A stretch of 64,000 nucleotides of DNA from an uncultured Bdellovibrionales bacterium (GTDB taxonomy: Bacteria > Bdellovibrionota_C > UBA2361 > SZUA-149 > CALKYB01). The notes beneath the pieces are model-generated. The model ran no database searches. It saw only the letters and a list, made by a program, of their open reading frames with translations, and had not been told where the DNA came from. Shown here in pieces: positions 19,566-28,329 of this stretch. Positions within the stretch are counted from its first letter, which is position 1; each line of letters starts with the position of its first letter. The DNA lies in NCBI GenBank assembly GCA_964510575.1, contig CAZECN010000001.1, positions 2,131 to 66,130 of the forward strand, given 5' to 3'. Both the position numbers and the translations under genes were made by a program.

Positions 19566-20423
19566 CTAGCCTCGAACGCCTTGTAGATAATCCTTAGTCA
19601 GTTTCTCAGCAGGGGCGGCAAATATTTCCGATGTTTTTCCGGTCTCAATAAGGCAGCCAGAGCCATTTCTAACCCAGCAGACTAGTAGGTTGTCAGAGAT
19701 TCTCTTGGCCTGCGCCAGGTTATGAGTGACCATTAAAACAGTATAATTGTCGCGAAGGCTCAAAATAAGTTGTTCAATTTTCTCAGATGAAACTGGGTCT
19801 AGGGCACTGCATGGTTCATCCATAAGTAGAAGCTCTGGCTTTAGGCTAAGAGTTCTAGCAATACAAAGGCGTTGTTGTTGTCCACCAGATAGATTGCAAG
19901 CTGATTGTTTCAATCTAGTTTTTACTTCATCCCACAAGCCAACATCTTTTAGCGATTGCTCCATTCTTTCATCCCTAATAGAGCTTTTGGAAACTCCATG
20001 CTCTTTAAGAGGAATATGAAAATTTTTTCTAATTGAAAAAGGAAAAGGAGCTGGTCTTTGGAATACCATGCCAATCTTTCGCCTTAGTTCTATCAAATCG
20101 CATGATGGAGATAGGATATCTGTATTGCCAAAACTAAGTTCACCCCTGAGTTTCGAGCCGGGGATTAAGTCTACCAAGCGATTTACTGAGTTTAAGAAAC
20201 TAGTTTTTCCGCAACCAGAGGGCCCAACCAATGCAGTAATCTTACAAGGTTCAATCTCAATGTTTACATTGTCGTAAGCTTTGAAGTCTCCATAGTGAAG
20301 GCTTAGGTTTTTAGCTTTTAAGGAAGCACAAACACTACCTGGTCTTTCAGAACAGTCAGAAACCTTAGTTAAAGCACTACCGTTATTTGAATAGTCTTTT
20401 TTTAGTTTTACTTGTCCCGACAC
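19566..20423 (-). CDS. pstB: Phosphate ABC transporter ATP-binding protein
   Basis: Walker A GPSGCGKTSFL, signature LSGGQQQRLCIARTL, directly downstream of pstA. It has an N-terminal extension of about 30 aa, so the true start may be internal. Confidence 0.9.
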   Translation of the reverse strand: MSGQVKLKKDYSNNGSALTKVSDCSERPGSVCASLKAKNLSLHYGDFKAYDNVNIEIEPCKITALVGPSGCGKTSFLNSVNRLVDLIPGSKLRGELSFGNTDILSPSCDLIELRRKIGMVFQRPAPFPFSIRKNFHIPLKEHGVSKSSIRDERMEQSLKDVGLWDEVKTRLKQSACNLSGGQQQRLCIARTLSLKPELLLMDEPCSALDPVSSEKIEQLILSLRDNYTVLMVTHNLAQAKRISDNLLVCWVRNGSGCLIETGKTSEIFAAPAEKLTKDYLQGVRG

Positions 20424-20431
20424 ATCAGCCT

Positions 20432-21262
20432 CTATGTTTTAGCACCCAGGACTTTTCTGGTTAGAAAAGTGGAAGTTAAGTTTATTACAATTAATGCGAC
20501 TACTAGAACCACAGCTGTGCGGTAGGCATTTTGATTACCACCAGGTACGTTCATAGCTAAATCGAAAATATGGACTGACATGCTTCTACCAGAGTCCATT
20601 ACAGACTCAGGCATTCTCAATAAGTAGCCGCTGGTAAAAAGTAAGGCGGCAGTTTCTGATAAGGCCCTTCCGATACCCAGGACCAGCCCAGCTGAAATAG
20701 TATTTGTTGAAAGAGGTAGAATTATTCTTCGTACTTGAGCTGTTCTTGAAAGTCCTAGTGAAGCACCAGTCAGTTTAAATTGACGATAGTTTTCGGATAT
20801 TCCTTCTTCAAAAATTCTAATTAAAAAAGGTAAAACCATGAAAGCTAGAGTTAAACCACCTGCCAGTATCGAAAAGCCAAATCCTAAGTATATAACAAAA
20901 AAAGAGTAACCAAAGAGTCCAAAAACAATAGAGGGAGTTGCAGCCAAGGTATCCAAAGCAGTCGAAATTAGGTTGTGCACTAAAGGATTTTTTTCAGAGA
21001 AAACAGCCAGAAATACAGCCGTAGCAATTGAAAGTGGGACTGATACCCCAAGGCAAATGGATAGGATTAGAAATGATGAATTAATTACTTCAAGAATTCC
21101 TCCAGCTCTACCTGCTTCACTTGAAACAGTTGTCAGAAACTCAAAGCTTAAAGCTCCTGATTGGTAAATTAAACTAGATAGTATTAGAAAAAATATGCCG
21201 CAGAAAAATAAAGCAGAGATAAAAGATAGGCCTTTCAGGATATATTCAGATTTAAAGCTCAT
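20432..21262 (-). CDS. pstA: Phosphate ABC transporter permease
   Basis: Polytopic permease with an EAA-like loop (GIGRALSETAALLFTSG). Operon position. Confidence 0.85.
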   Translation of the reverse strand: MSFKSEYILKGLSFISALFFCGIFFLILSSLIYQSGALSFEFLTTVSSEAGRAGGILEVINSSFLILSICLGVSVPLSIATAVFLAVFSEKNPLVHNLISTALDTLAATPSIVFGLFGYSFFVIYLGFGFSILAGGLTLAFMVLPFLIRIFEEGISENYRQFKLTGASLGLSRTAQVRRIILPLSTNTISAGLVLGIGRALSETAALLFTSGYLLRMPESVMDSGRSMSVHIFDLAMNVPGGNQNAYRTAVVLVVALIVINLTSTFLTRKVLGAKT

Positions 21263-22158
21263 CTGACTGGCTCCTCTTGAGTTTTTAAAAATAACCGGCC
21301 AGTGATGAAAACAGTTAAAACACTAAGGAGCAGTAAAAACCCTGATAAGAAAAGAGCACTTTGATGGCTGCCATAGGCGTAACCCATTTCCAGTGCAATA
21401 TTCCCTGTTAACGTTCTTACGGGGTCAAGCATACTTTCGGGCATTTGAACTACGTTCCCGCACACCATGACCACCACCATTGTTTCACCCATTGCTCGAG
21501 CAAGGGCTAGGACCAAACCAGTGGAGATTCCTCGAGATGCTAATGGAGTGGCAATTTCCAGAATAAATCTAGCCTTTCCAATTCCTAGGCCTTTCGATGT
21601 CACTCTAAGTTCTGAGTTTAGATTCTGATAAGCTGAAACGGTGCTTACAACGATGGTAGGTATGATCATTATTGCCAGAACAATCGCCCCAGCAAGAACG
21701 CTGAGACCTGGAGCCCTAATATTTAAAAGCAATGGAACTAAAACGACTAAGCCCCATAGACCAAGAACGACAGAAGGTAAGCCAGCTACAATTTCTGTAA
21801 CCCGATGAAGAAAAAGTCGAGAAACTCCTTTGCAAAAAAAGTGAATATAGACTGCAGTAAACCAGCCTATAGGAGCTGCAATAATAAGAGCTAGGATTGC
21901 CACAGTGACTGTAGCTATTATCATCTCTAACAATCCAAACTGTCCTTCAGCTAAATTTAATTCGGGAGCCCAAGTTGAATCTGAAAAAAACCTAGAGCCG
22001 CCAATTTGGCTTAAAGCCATGGAAGACTCTTTAAGTAGGAAATAAAAGATAAAGAAAATTACAAGGACTGAAAGGCTTGAAGCAAAGCCGAGTAGCGTTT
22101 TTGTGAAACTATCTTTTGAGCTGGCTGACAAAATACTTCCTGAACTTAGAATAGGCAC
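21259..22158 (-). CDS. pstC: Phosphate ABC transporter permease
   Basis: Polytopic permease with an EAA-like loop (ALARAMGETMVVVMVCG). Overlaps pstA by 4 nt. Confidence 0.85.
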   Translation of the reverse strand: MPILSSGSILSASSKDSFTKTLLGFASSLSVLVIFFIFYFLLKESSMALSQIGGSRFFSDSTWAPELNLAEGQFGLLEMIIATVTVAILALIIAAPIGWFTAVYIHFFCKGVSRLFLHRVTEIVAGLPSVVLGLWGLVVLVPLLLNIRAPGLSVLAGAIVLAIMIIPTIVVSTVSAYQNLNSELRVTSKGLGIGKARFILEIATPLASRGISTGLVLALARAMGETMVVVMVCGNVVQMPESMLDPVRTLTGNIALEMGYAYGSHQSALFLSGFLLLLSVLTVFITGRLFLKTQEEPVR

Positions 22159-22164
22159 CTGACT

Positions 22165-23025
22165 CTATTGTGGAGCAACAAAAGCCATTCCTTCGACTAA
22201 GTCTTTAACTTGGCTCGAAACCGCAAACTGAACAAATTCTTTTGAAGATGGTGAAAGCTCCTTTTTTGTTATTAAAACCAAAGGTCTAATGATTGGAAAG
22301 GAGCCGTTTTTTACATTTTCGGCAGTGGCTGCAACCCCAGATAGGGGCAAGGCTCTTATCTTAGAACTTCTTTTCTGTTCGAATTCAGTAGTTCCGATTG
22401 AAAGGTAAACCAGGGCACCTTGATTCCCCTCCAATAGTTTTACGCACTGTTGGTTTTCACCAGCTACTACGTCAGGCTTATAGGCAGCAGCCTTTATACC
22501 AAGGTAATCTTTTACTAGCTCTTTTTCAGAGCGACCTTTGGCTCGGTCAATAACTGTGATCTCAAGGTCTTGGCCACCAAGTTCTTTCCAGTTTGAAATT
22601 TTTCCGCTGTAGATATTGGCAAGCTGAGCTTGAGATAATTCTTTGACTGGGTTTTTACTGTTAACGACAAACGCTACACCATCCAAGGCCACTGTATGAC
22701 TTTTGACGATGGCCTCTTCTTCAGGAAATAAGGCTCTGGAGGACATTCCCACATCAGAGAGTCCTTTTATTACATCGGTGATTCCTTTCGAAGAGCCTCC
22801 GGTTTGGACATCCACTCGCAGAGAGGAGTCAGACTCTTCTAGCCTTTTAGCTATTTCTGCGGCCAAGGGTGCTAATGTGCTTGAGCCAGATACTGAGACC
22901 TTGGTGCTTTCAGCTTGAGCCGCAAAAGGTAACAGAAATAAAGAGCTTAAGATTAAAGAGAAAAATGAGATTGTTTTAACTTTCTTCATAAAAGCCTGCT
23001 TTCGGTATTGAAAATAAATTTGCAA
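22165..23025 (-). CDS. pstS: Phosphate-binding periplasmic protein
   Basis: Signal peptide then a PstS-family fold (SGSSTLAPLAAEIAKRL...GTTEFEQKRSSKIRALP). The likely start is MKKVKT at 22989. Confidence 0.85.
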   Translation of the reverse strand: MQIYFQYRKQAFMKKVKTISFFSLILSSLFLLPFAAQAESTKVSVSGSSTLAPLAAEIAKRLEESDSSLRVDVQTGGSSKGITDVIKGLSDVGMSSRALFPEEEAIVKSHTVALDGVAFVVNSKNPVKELSQAQLANIYSGKISNWKELGGQDLEITVIDRAKGRSEKELVKDYLGIKAAAYKPDVVAGENQQCVKLLEGNQGALVYLSIGTTEFEQKRSSKIRALPLSGVAATAENVKNGSFPIIRPLVLITKKELSPSSKEFVQFAVSSQVKDLVEGMAFVAPQ

Positions 23026-23151
23026 GATTAGCTACGACGACCGCCGCTAAATGTTACAGTAAATCCGTAATAATGGAAAAATTCAACCTTGAAACAGGCT
23101 TAAATTATAGTATTTAGGCTTTTAGAGGGGGGCGCCAAGGAAAGATTAAAC

Positions 23152-23412
23152 TTAAGATTCTTCGTCTTCAGGAGACTCTTGTTCTTTCACGATTTTGTCG
23201 TATTTTCTGCGCTTATAAATAACAAAGAGAACTACGCATACGCATATTCCAATAATGTAGATTTGAAGGAACCAGAGGAAGCTATATTTCTCAGATGGAA
23301 AAGCCTCCTTCAAGCCAATCAGTACTAACATGAATACAGCCCACCAAGCACCGAGATGAGGCTCATTTTCTTTTGGGTTTTGATAATCTATGTCTGATCT
23401 TTTACGAGACAA
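23152..23412 (-). CDS. Small 2-TM membrane protein, unknown function
   Basis: 86 aa with two hydrophobic helices and an acidic C-terminus. Confidence 0.35.
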   Translation of the reverse strand: MSRKRSDIDYQNPKENEPHLGAWWAVFMLVLIGLKEAFPSEKYSFLWFLQIYIIGICVCVVLFVIYKRRKYDKIVKEQESPEDEES

Positions 23413-23447
23413 AACGGGTACCTTGAAAATTAGTTGTCTTAGTTTAC

Positions 23448-24077
23448 TTAGCTTTTTTTAGCCACAGCCTTAACTACTGCTTTACCATTCTTCATAACAA
23501 TTTTGTAGCTTAGTTTTTTTACCCCCTTTTTTTTCAGGGCCTGAGCTTGATTCACCAAACTTTTCTTAAATGAGCCGTAGTTCAGGTCTCCGGCGTTACC
23601 ACCAGATTTTTTGATAGCTTTTTCATAACTATCAAAAAGCTGCTGAAAGCCCTTTTCTGCAGCGCCTGCCTGAGTATTGGCTTTGGCGGCCTCTGCCAGC
23701 TCCTTTTCCCGTAATTCAGCCTTGAAAACATCTCTTTGGTATCGTCCCTCTTCCCTGGCTTTTAAAGTTCTAACCCAATAAGTTTCATAGGTTTGTAGGC
23801 GCGTAACAAGTTGGCGCAGCCTGAAGGTATGGGATGAGTGTTTAAAGGGGGCTGCAAGTAGAGCTCTCTTCATTTTTGTTACTTCTTTGTGCTCTTTGTC
23901 TGGAGCTATAGTAATTATGTCGATGAAGTATTGCTCATAAATTATGCGCAACTCCTCAACCCGCCTTTCAAAAAGATCGATTTGGAGATCCAGTTTTCGC
24001 CTGTTCTCAGCACCTGATCTCAGACCTTTTGGCTCTGCCCTTTTTTTCTTCTTGTCGGTCTCGCCTTTCTTGGCCAT
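23448..24077 (-). CDS. Lys-rich basic coiled-coil protein with a histone H1-like C-terminal tail, unknown function
   Basis: 209 aa. N-terminus KKGETDKKKKRAEPKG, C-terminus KKKGVKKLSYKIVMKNGKAVVKAVAKKS. No enzyme motifs. Confidence 0.45.
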   Translation of the reverse strand: MAKKGETDKKKKRAEPKGLRSGAENRRKLDLQIDLFERRVEELRIIYEQYFIDIITIAPDKEHKEVTKMKRALLAAPFKHSSHTFRLRQLVTRLQTYETYWVRTLKAREEGRYQRDVFKAELREKELAEAAKANTQAGAAEKGFQQLFDSYEKAIKKSGGNAGDLNYGSFKKSLVNQAQALKKKGVKKLSYKIVMKNGKAVVKAVAKKS

Positions 24078-24541
24078 CAGGTGTGTCCAGCTTTACAATT
24101 ATTGTTTTCAGCAATCAAAGAAACGAGGGGTTTTGCTTCGCTAGTCAAAAACAAAGCTTCTCCTCAGATAAATTATGATGAGATTGCTCTAGCTTTCGGT
24201 CTGTACTTTTTTCTAGGAATTCAGGCTGGAGGCCCTACCATCTTTATTGGTCGTAATAGGGGAATCTTAAAGAACATGTTTTAGGCTTGATTTAGGTAAG
24301 TTTTTAGTTAAGAGCCAGAGGAACGAGTTGTGAATTAGGATATAGTTCAATAACTACAGGGGGTTAATTGCAACAGTGAAAGAAATTCAAATTTTGCAGT
24401 TTTTTGACTAATTCATTGATTGATTGTAAACAGGCGACGGGCAATCTGTGGAGTATTCATTCAACAGTTGATGGCCCCTAAGTTTAATTGTTTAACGGAT
24501 TAGGCCTTTCAATGGCCTGTCAGCGTTTAGATCACCTAATT

Positions 24542-25903
24542 ATGAAGATTCAAGCTATAGTTCTGGCTGCGGGTATGGGAACCAGAATGAAATCCTCCCT
24601 ACCAAAAGTTCTGCATAGAGTTTGTGGGCAGTCGCTTGTTGAAAGAACGATTCGAGCCCTTAATGAAGCGGGCGTTGCAAAAACCACCGTTGTGGTCGGC
24701 TCTGGGCGTGAGCAAGTTGAACAGGAGCTTTCCAAAATTGGTATCGACGGAGTAGACACCGCTGTTCAGAAGTCTCAGAATGGAACTGGTGATGCTGCTA
24801 AAGCCGCCCTTCCAAACCTTACGGAGGAAATAGCTGCAATCCTTCCTGGGGACATCCCTCTTCTTTCGGCTGACGTTTTGAAAACAGCTGTAGATTCGAT
24901 TAAGCCTGAAACCCCGCTTTTGTTTGTGAGCTTCAAAGCTGAAAACCCCAAGGGTTTTGGAAGAGTTATTCGGGATAGCAATGGTTCAGTGGTGTCAATT
25001 TGTGAAGAGAAAGACTGTAACGATGAGCAGCGAAAAATAGATGAGGTTAACGCAGGAATTTATTTTTGCTCTAAGAGTTTTCTGGAAGAGTCACTTAATT
25101 CACTAAATACTGACAATGCTCAAGGAGAATACTACCTAACCGATATAGTTAGTTATGCCTGTGAAAAGGGCCTAGCTGTAGAGGCTATTTGTGTAGAACC
25201 AGCCATAGCTCTTCAGGGGGCTAACTCTAGAAAAGACTTAAGTGCCCTAGAAATAGTGAGGCGTAGCCAAATAGCTGAAACGCTGATGGATAATGGGGTA
25301 ACACTGGAAGACCCAGCTCAGACTTATGTAGATGAAGGCGTAAAAGTTGGTAAAGACAGTTGGCTTGGTGCTGGAACTCGCCTTAAAGGTAATACAGTTT
25401 TGGCAGACAATGTGGTGGTTGAGGGAAACTCAATCATAGAAAATTGCACAATTGGGTCCGGTAGCCACATCAAAATTTCATCAAGTCTTGAAGATTCAGA
25501 AGTCGGCAAGAACACGGCTATTGGTCCCTGTGCTCACTTGAGGCCAGGAAGTAAGATCGGCAACAACTGTAAGGTTGGAAACTTTGTGGAAACTAAAAAG
25601 TCAGTTTTGCATGATGGTGTAAAAGCTGGACATCTTAGTTACCTTGGAGATGCTGAAATTTTTCCTGAAGCTAACATAGGTGCTGGGACAATAACTTGTA
25701 ACTATGACGGAACGAATAAGCACAAGACTCAGATTGGTGAGAAAGCTTTTATTGGCAGCAATACCTGTTTGGTTGCTCCAGTTGAAGTTGGAGACAATGC
25801 CTATATAGGTGCTGGTTCTACCATTACTAAGAAAGTACCTGATCGTGCTCTTGGCCTAGGAAGGTCAAGACAAACGAACAAGGAAGGTTGGAACAAGGAT
25901 TAG
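24542..25903 (+). CDS. glmU: Bifunctional UDP-N-acetylglucosamine pyrophosphorylase / glucosamine-1-phosphate N-acetyltransferase
   Basis: N-terminal AIVLAAGMGTRMKS nucleotidyltransferase motif and C-terminal left-handed beta-helix hexapeptide repeats. ATG at 24542. Confidence 0.9.
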   Translation: MKIQAIVLAAGMGTRMKSSLPKVLHRVCGQSLVERTIRALNEAGVAKTTVVVGSGREQVEQELSKIGIDGVDTAVQKSQNGTGDAAKAALPNLTEEIAAILPGDIPLLSADVLKTAVDSIKPETPLLFVSFKAENPKGFGRVIRDSNGSVVSICEEKDCNDEQRKIDEVNAGIYFCSKSFLEESLNSLNTDNAQGEYYLTDIVSYACEKGLAVEAICVEPAIALQGANSRKDLSALEIVRRSQIAETLMDNGVTLEDPAQTYVDEGVKVGKDSWLGAGTRLKGNTVLADNVVVEGNSIIENCTIGSGSHIKISSSLEDSEVGKNTAIGPCAHLRPGSKIGNNCKVGNFVETKKSVLHDGVKAGHLSYLGDAEIFPEANIGAGTITCNYDGTNKHKTQIGEKAFIGSNTCLVAPVEVGDNAYIGAGSTITKKVPDRALGLGRSRQTNKEGWNKD

Positions 25904-25946
25904 AGTTTTAAATCTGTATTACTGAAAGAATAAGGAAAACTGAAAA

Positions 25947-27806
25947 GTGTGTGGAATAGTTGGATACCTAGGACCTAAAAAAGCAGTACCTATTTTGGTT
26001 AATGGCCTCGAGAAACTTGAGTATAGGGGTTATGACTCTTCAGGGGTTGCTACTATTGGCACAGGAAGCTTTGAAGTTTTTCGAAGCGAAGGGAAACTTG
26101 AAAACCTTAAGAATGTTCTTCGTGAGAACGAGAAGCTTAACGGAGAGGTTGGTGAGGATGCTGGTGTAACAACAATTGGCATCGGACACACCCGCTGGGC
26201 AACTCATGGTAAGCCTTCAGAGACAAATGCTCATCCACACGTTGCTGGAGATATTTGCGTCGTTCATAACGGTATTATCGAAAATTTTAGTATTCTTCGT
26301 GAAAAACTAGAAAAGGAAGGCTGTTCAATAGTCTCTGAGACTGACTCTGAAATTGCAGCTCACCTAATCAACGCTCACCTGCAGGAAAAGGGAGACCTTT
26401 TCCAAGCTGTTAAAGCTGCCATTGCTGAGCTGGAAGGAAGTTACGCTCTGGTAGTGATGTCCCTTAAGGATCCTAACAAGCTAATCGTTGCCAAGAATGC
26501 TACTCCGGTAATTCTTGGAGTCTCCGAAGGAGAGGCTTATGTTGCCAGTGATATTCCAGCGATTCTTGATTACACGCGTAAAGTGATAATCCTTGAAGAC
26601 GGAGATCTCGCTGAAGTTACTTTGGATGATATTAAAGTTGAGTTCAATGGCACAGAGACCAAGAGAGAAGTTACCAATATCTCTTGGGATCCGATTACTG
26701 CTGAGAAAGGTGGCTTTAAGCATTTCATGCTTAAAGAAATATACGAGCAGCCACAGACAGTAGCCGAGACTTTTGGAGGTCGAATTGACAAGCATACAGG
26801 GAAAGTTACCCTGACAGATGTCAATATTAGCGACGAAGACTTTAAGAAAATCAACCGAATCTCCGCTGTGGCTTGCGGAACTGCCTGGCATGCAGCTTTG
26901 GTAATGAAGTTCTATATTGAGAAGTACGCCGGTATTCCTGTCGAAGTTGATTACGGCTCAGAGTATCGCTATCGACCACAGTTAGGTGACGAAAACACTT
27001 TGTTTATCGCAGTTAGTCAATCTGGCGAAACAGCTGACACTCTTGGTTCTTTGAATTTAGCGAATGAGTCGGGGTGTAAAACACTAGCTATCTGTAATGT
27101 TGTTTCCTCTTCAATCGCTAGAAAGGCTGGAAATGTTTTATACACTCATGCCGGTCCTGAAATCAGTGTAGCTTCGACTAAAGCTTTTACAGCTCAGGTT
27201 ACAGCAGCTTTTGTCCTGGCGCTTAGAATGGGACAGGCCAGAGGCACGATTACTGAAGAAGAGTCCAAGCAGGCTATTGAAGAGCTGGTTCATTTACCTG
27301 CGCACATTACCAAGGCGATTGAGTTCGATAAGGAGCTTGAGAAAGTTGGTAGAAAATACGGAAAAGCTGAGCATTTCATGTTCCTCGGAAGAGGGTCACT
27401 TTATCCTATCGCCCTTGAAGGAGCTTTGAAGCTTAAGGAAATTTCGTATCTTCACGCAGAGGGATACCCTGCGGGAGAGATGAAACATGGACCAATTTCT
27501 CTTATCACTGAGGAAACTCCTGTTTTGGTTGTATTTGGACATGACGGAGTTAACTATGAGAAGGCAATGTCTAACCTTAAAGAAGTAGAGTCTCGTGGTG
27601 GAAGAATTATTGCTATTACGGACTATGCTGAGCCAGTGCTCAAAGACCTTGCATGGGAAACTATCGAAGTTGGAAAAGTTCCAGCTTCAATGCTACCTAT
27701 CGTGTTGACTATACCTCTTCAGCTTTTTGCCTACCATGTCGCAGTCTATAAAGGGACAGATGTGGATCAACCAAGAAACTTGGCTAAAAGCGTAACAGTA
27801 GAATAG
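25947..27806 (+). CDS. glmS: Glutamine--fructose-6-phosphate aminotransferase
   Basis: Ntn Cys start (M)CGIVGY and two SIS domains. GTG start. Ends ...AKSVTVE. Confidence 0.95.
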   Translation: MCGIVGYLGPKKAVPILVNGLEKLEYRGYDSSGVATIGTGSFEVFRSEGKLENLKNVLRENEKLNGEVGEDAGVTTIGIGHTRWATHGKPSETNAHPHVAGDICVVHNGIIENFSILREKLEKEGCSIVSETDSEIAAHLINAHLQEKGDLFQAVKAAIAELEGSYALVVMSLKDPNKLIVAKNATPVILGVSEGEAYVASDIPAILDYTRKVIILEDGDLAEVTLDDIKVEFNGTETKREVTNISWDPITAEKGGFKHFMLKEIYEQPQTVAETFGGRIDKHTGKVTLTDVNISDEDFKKINRISAVACGTAWHAALVMKFYIEKYAGIPVEVDYGSEYRYRPQLGDENTLFIAVSQSGETADTLGSLNLANESGCKTLAICNVVSSSIARKAGNVLYTHAGPEISVASTKAFTAQVTAAFVLALRMGQARGTITEEESKQAIEELVHLPAHITKAIEFDKELEKVGRKYGKAEHFMFLGRGSLYPIALEGALKLKEISYLHAEGYPAGEMKHGPISLITEETPVLVVFGHDGVNYEKAMSNLKEVESRGGRIIAITDYAEPVLKDLAWETIEVGKVPASMLPIVLTIPLQLFAYHVAVYKGTDVDQPRNLAKSVTVE

Positions 27807-27816
27807 AGCTTTAGAA

Positions 27817-28200
27817 GTGTCAGAAAATACAAAGAAAAAACCGGTGACTAACATCATTCCTCTCCGTGACAGTGGAGATAGAAACGTCAAGAATGTAAGC
27901 CCGATCGGAATGAGAGTTTTGGTTCGCTTGCAAAAAGACGACAACCAAACTGATGCCGGACTATACCTCCCCGAGGGTGCTAAAGAAGAGCAGGCAGAGT
28001 CTATTCTTGCTGAAGTAGTCGAAGTTGCTTCGGCTGTGGACGAAGACACTGATGAAGAAGCTAATATCAGTGGTATTCCGATGGGAGCTACTGTGCTTAT
28101 CGCCAAGGATGCTGGAGTTAGTGTGCCTTGGGATGATGCTTTGCGGATTGTAGATACGGGTGAAGTATTAGCCCTAGTCGAAGAATTCCACCTCTCCTAA
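27817..28200 (+). CDS. GroES/Cpn10-like protein with acidic insertions and no adjacent groEL
   Basis: 127 aa. IIPLRD...RVLVRLQKDDNQTDAGLYLPEGAKEEQAESILAEVVEVA...GATVLIAKDAGVSV...GEVLALVEE aligns to GroES (IRPLHDRVIVKR...GGIVL...GEVLAVG...GDIVIF...ILAIVE). Confidence 0.5.
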   Translation: MSENTKKKPVTNIIPLRDSGDRNVKNVSPIGMRVLVRLQKDDNQTDAGLYLPEGAKEEQAESILAEVVEVASAVDEDTDEEANISGIPMGATVLIAKDAGVSVPWDDALRIVDTGEVLALVEEFHLS

Positions 28201-28329
28201 GGCGCAAGCTTCGGCTTTCTCTTCGTTTCCTTCAAACCCTTCGTCAGTGGAGACGTGCACTAGTACGTCTCCCTCCTCAAGGTTTGAGAGCCTCGATAAG
28301 CACAAACTAAAAGGCTTAAGCTTGATTGG

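Noticed and set aside
25904-25946. glmS ribozyme upstream of glmS
   Set aside because: Only 43 nt separate glmU and glmS, too short for the ribozyme. glmS is translationally linked to glmU here.
26481-26891. 136-aa and 94-aa minus-strand ORFs inside glmS
   Set aside because: Antisense shadows of a highly conserved gene.
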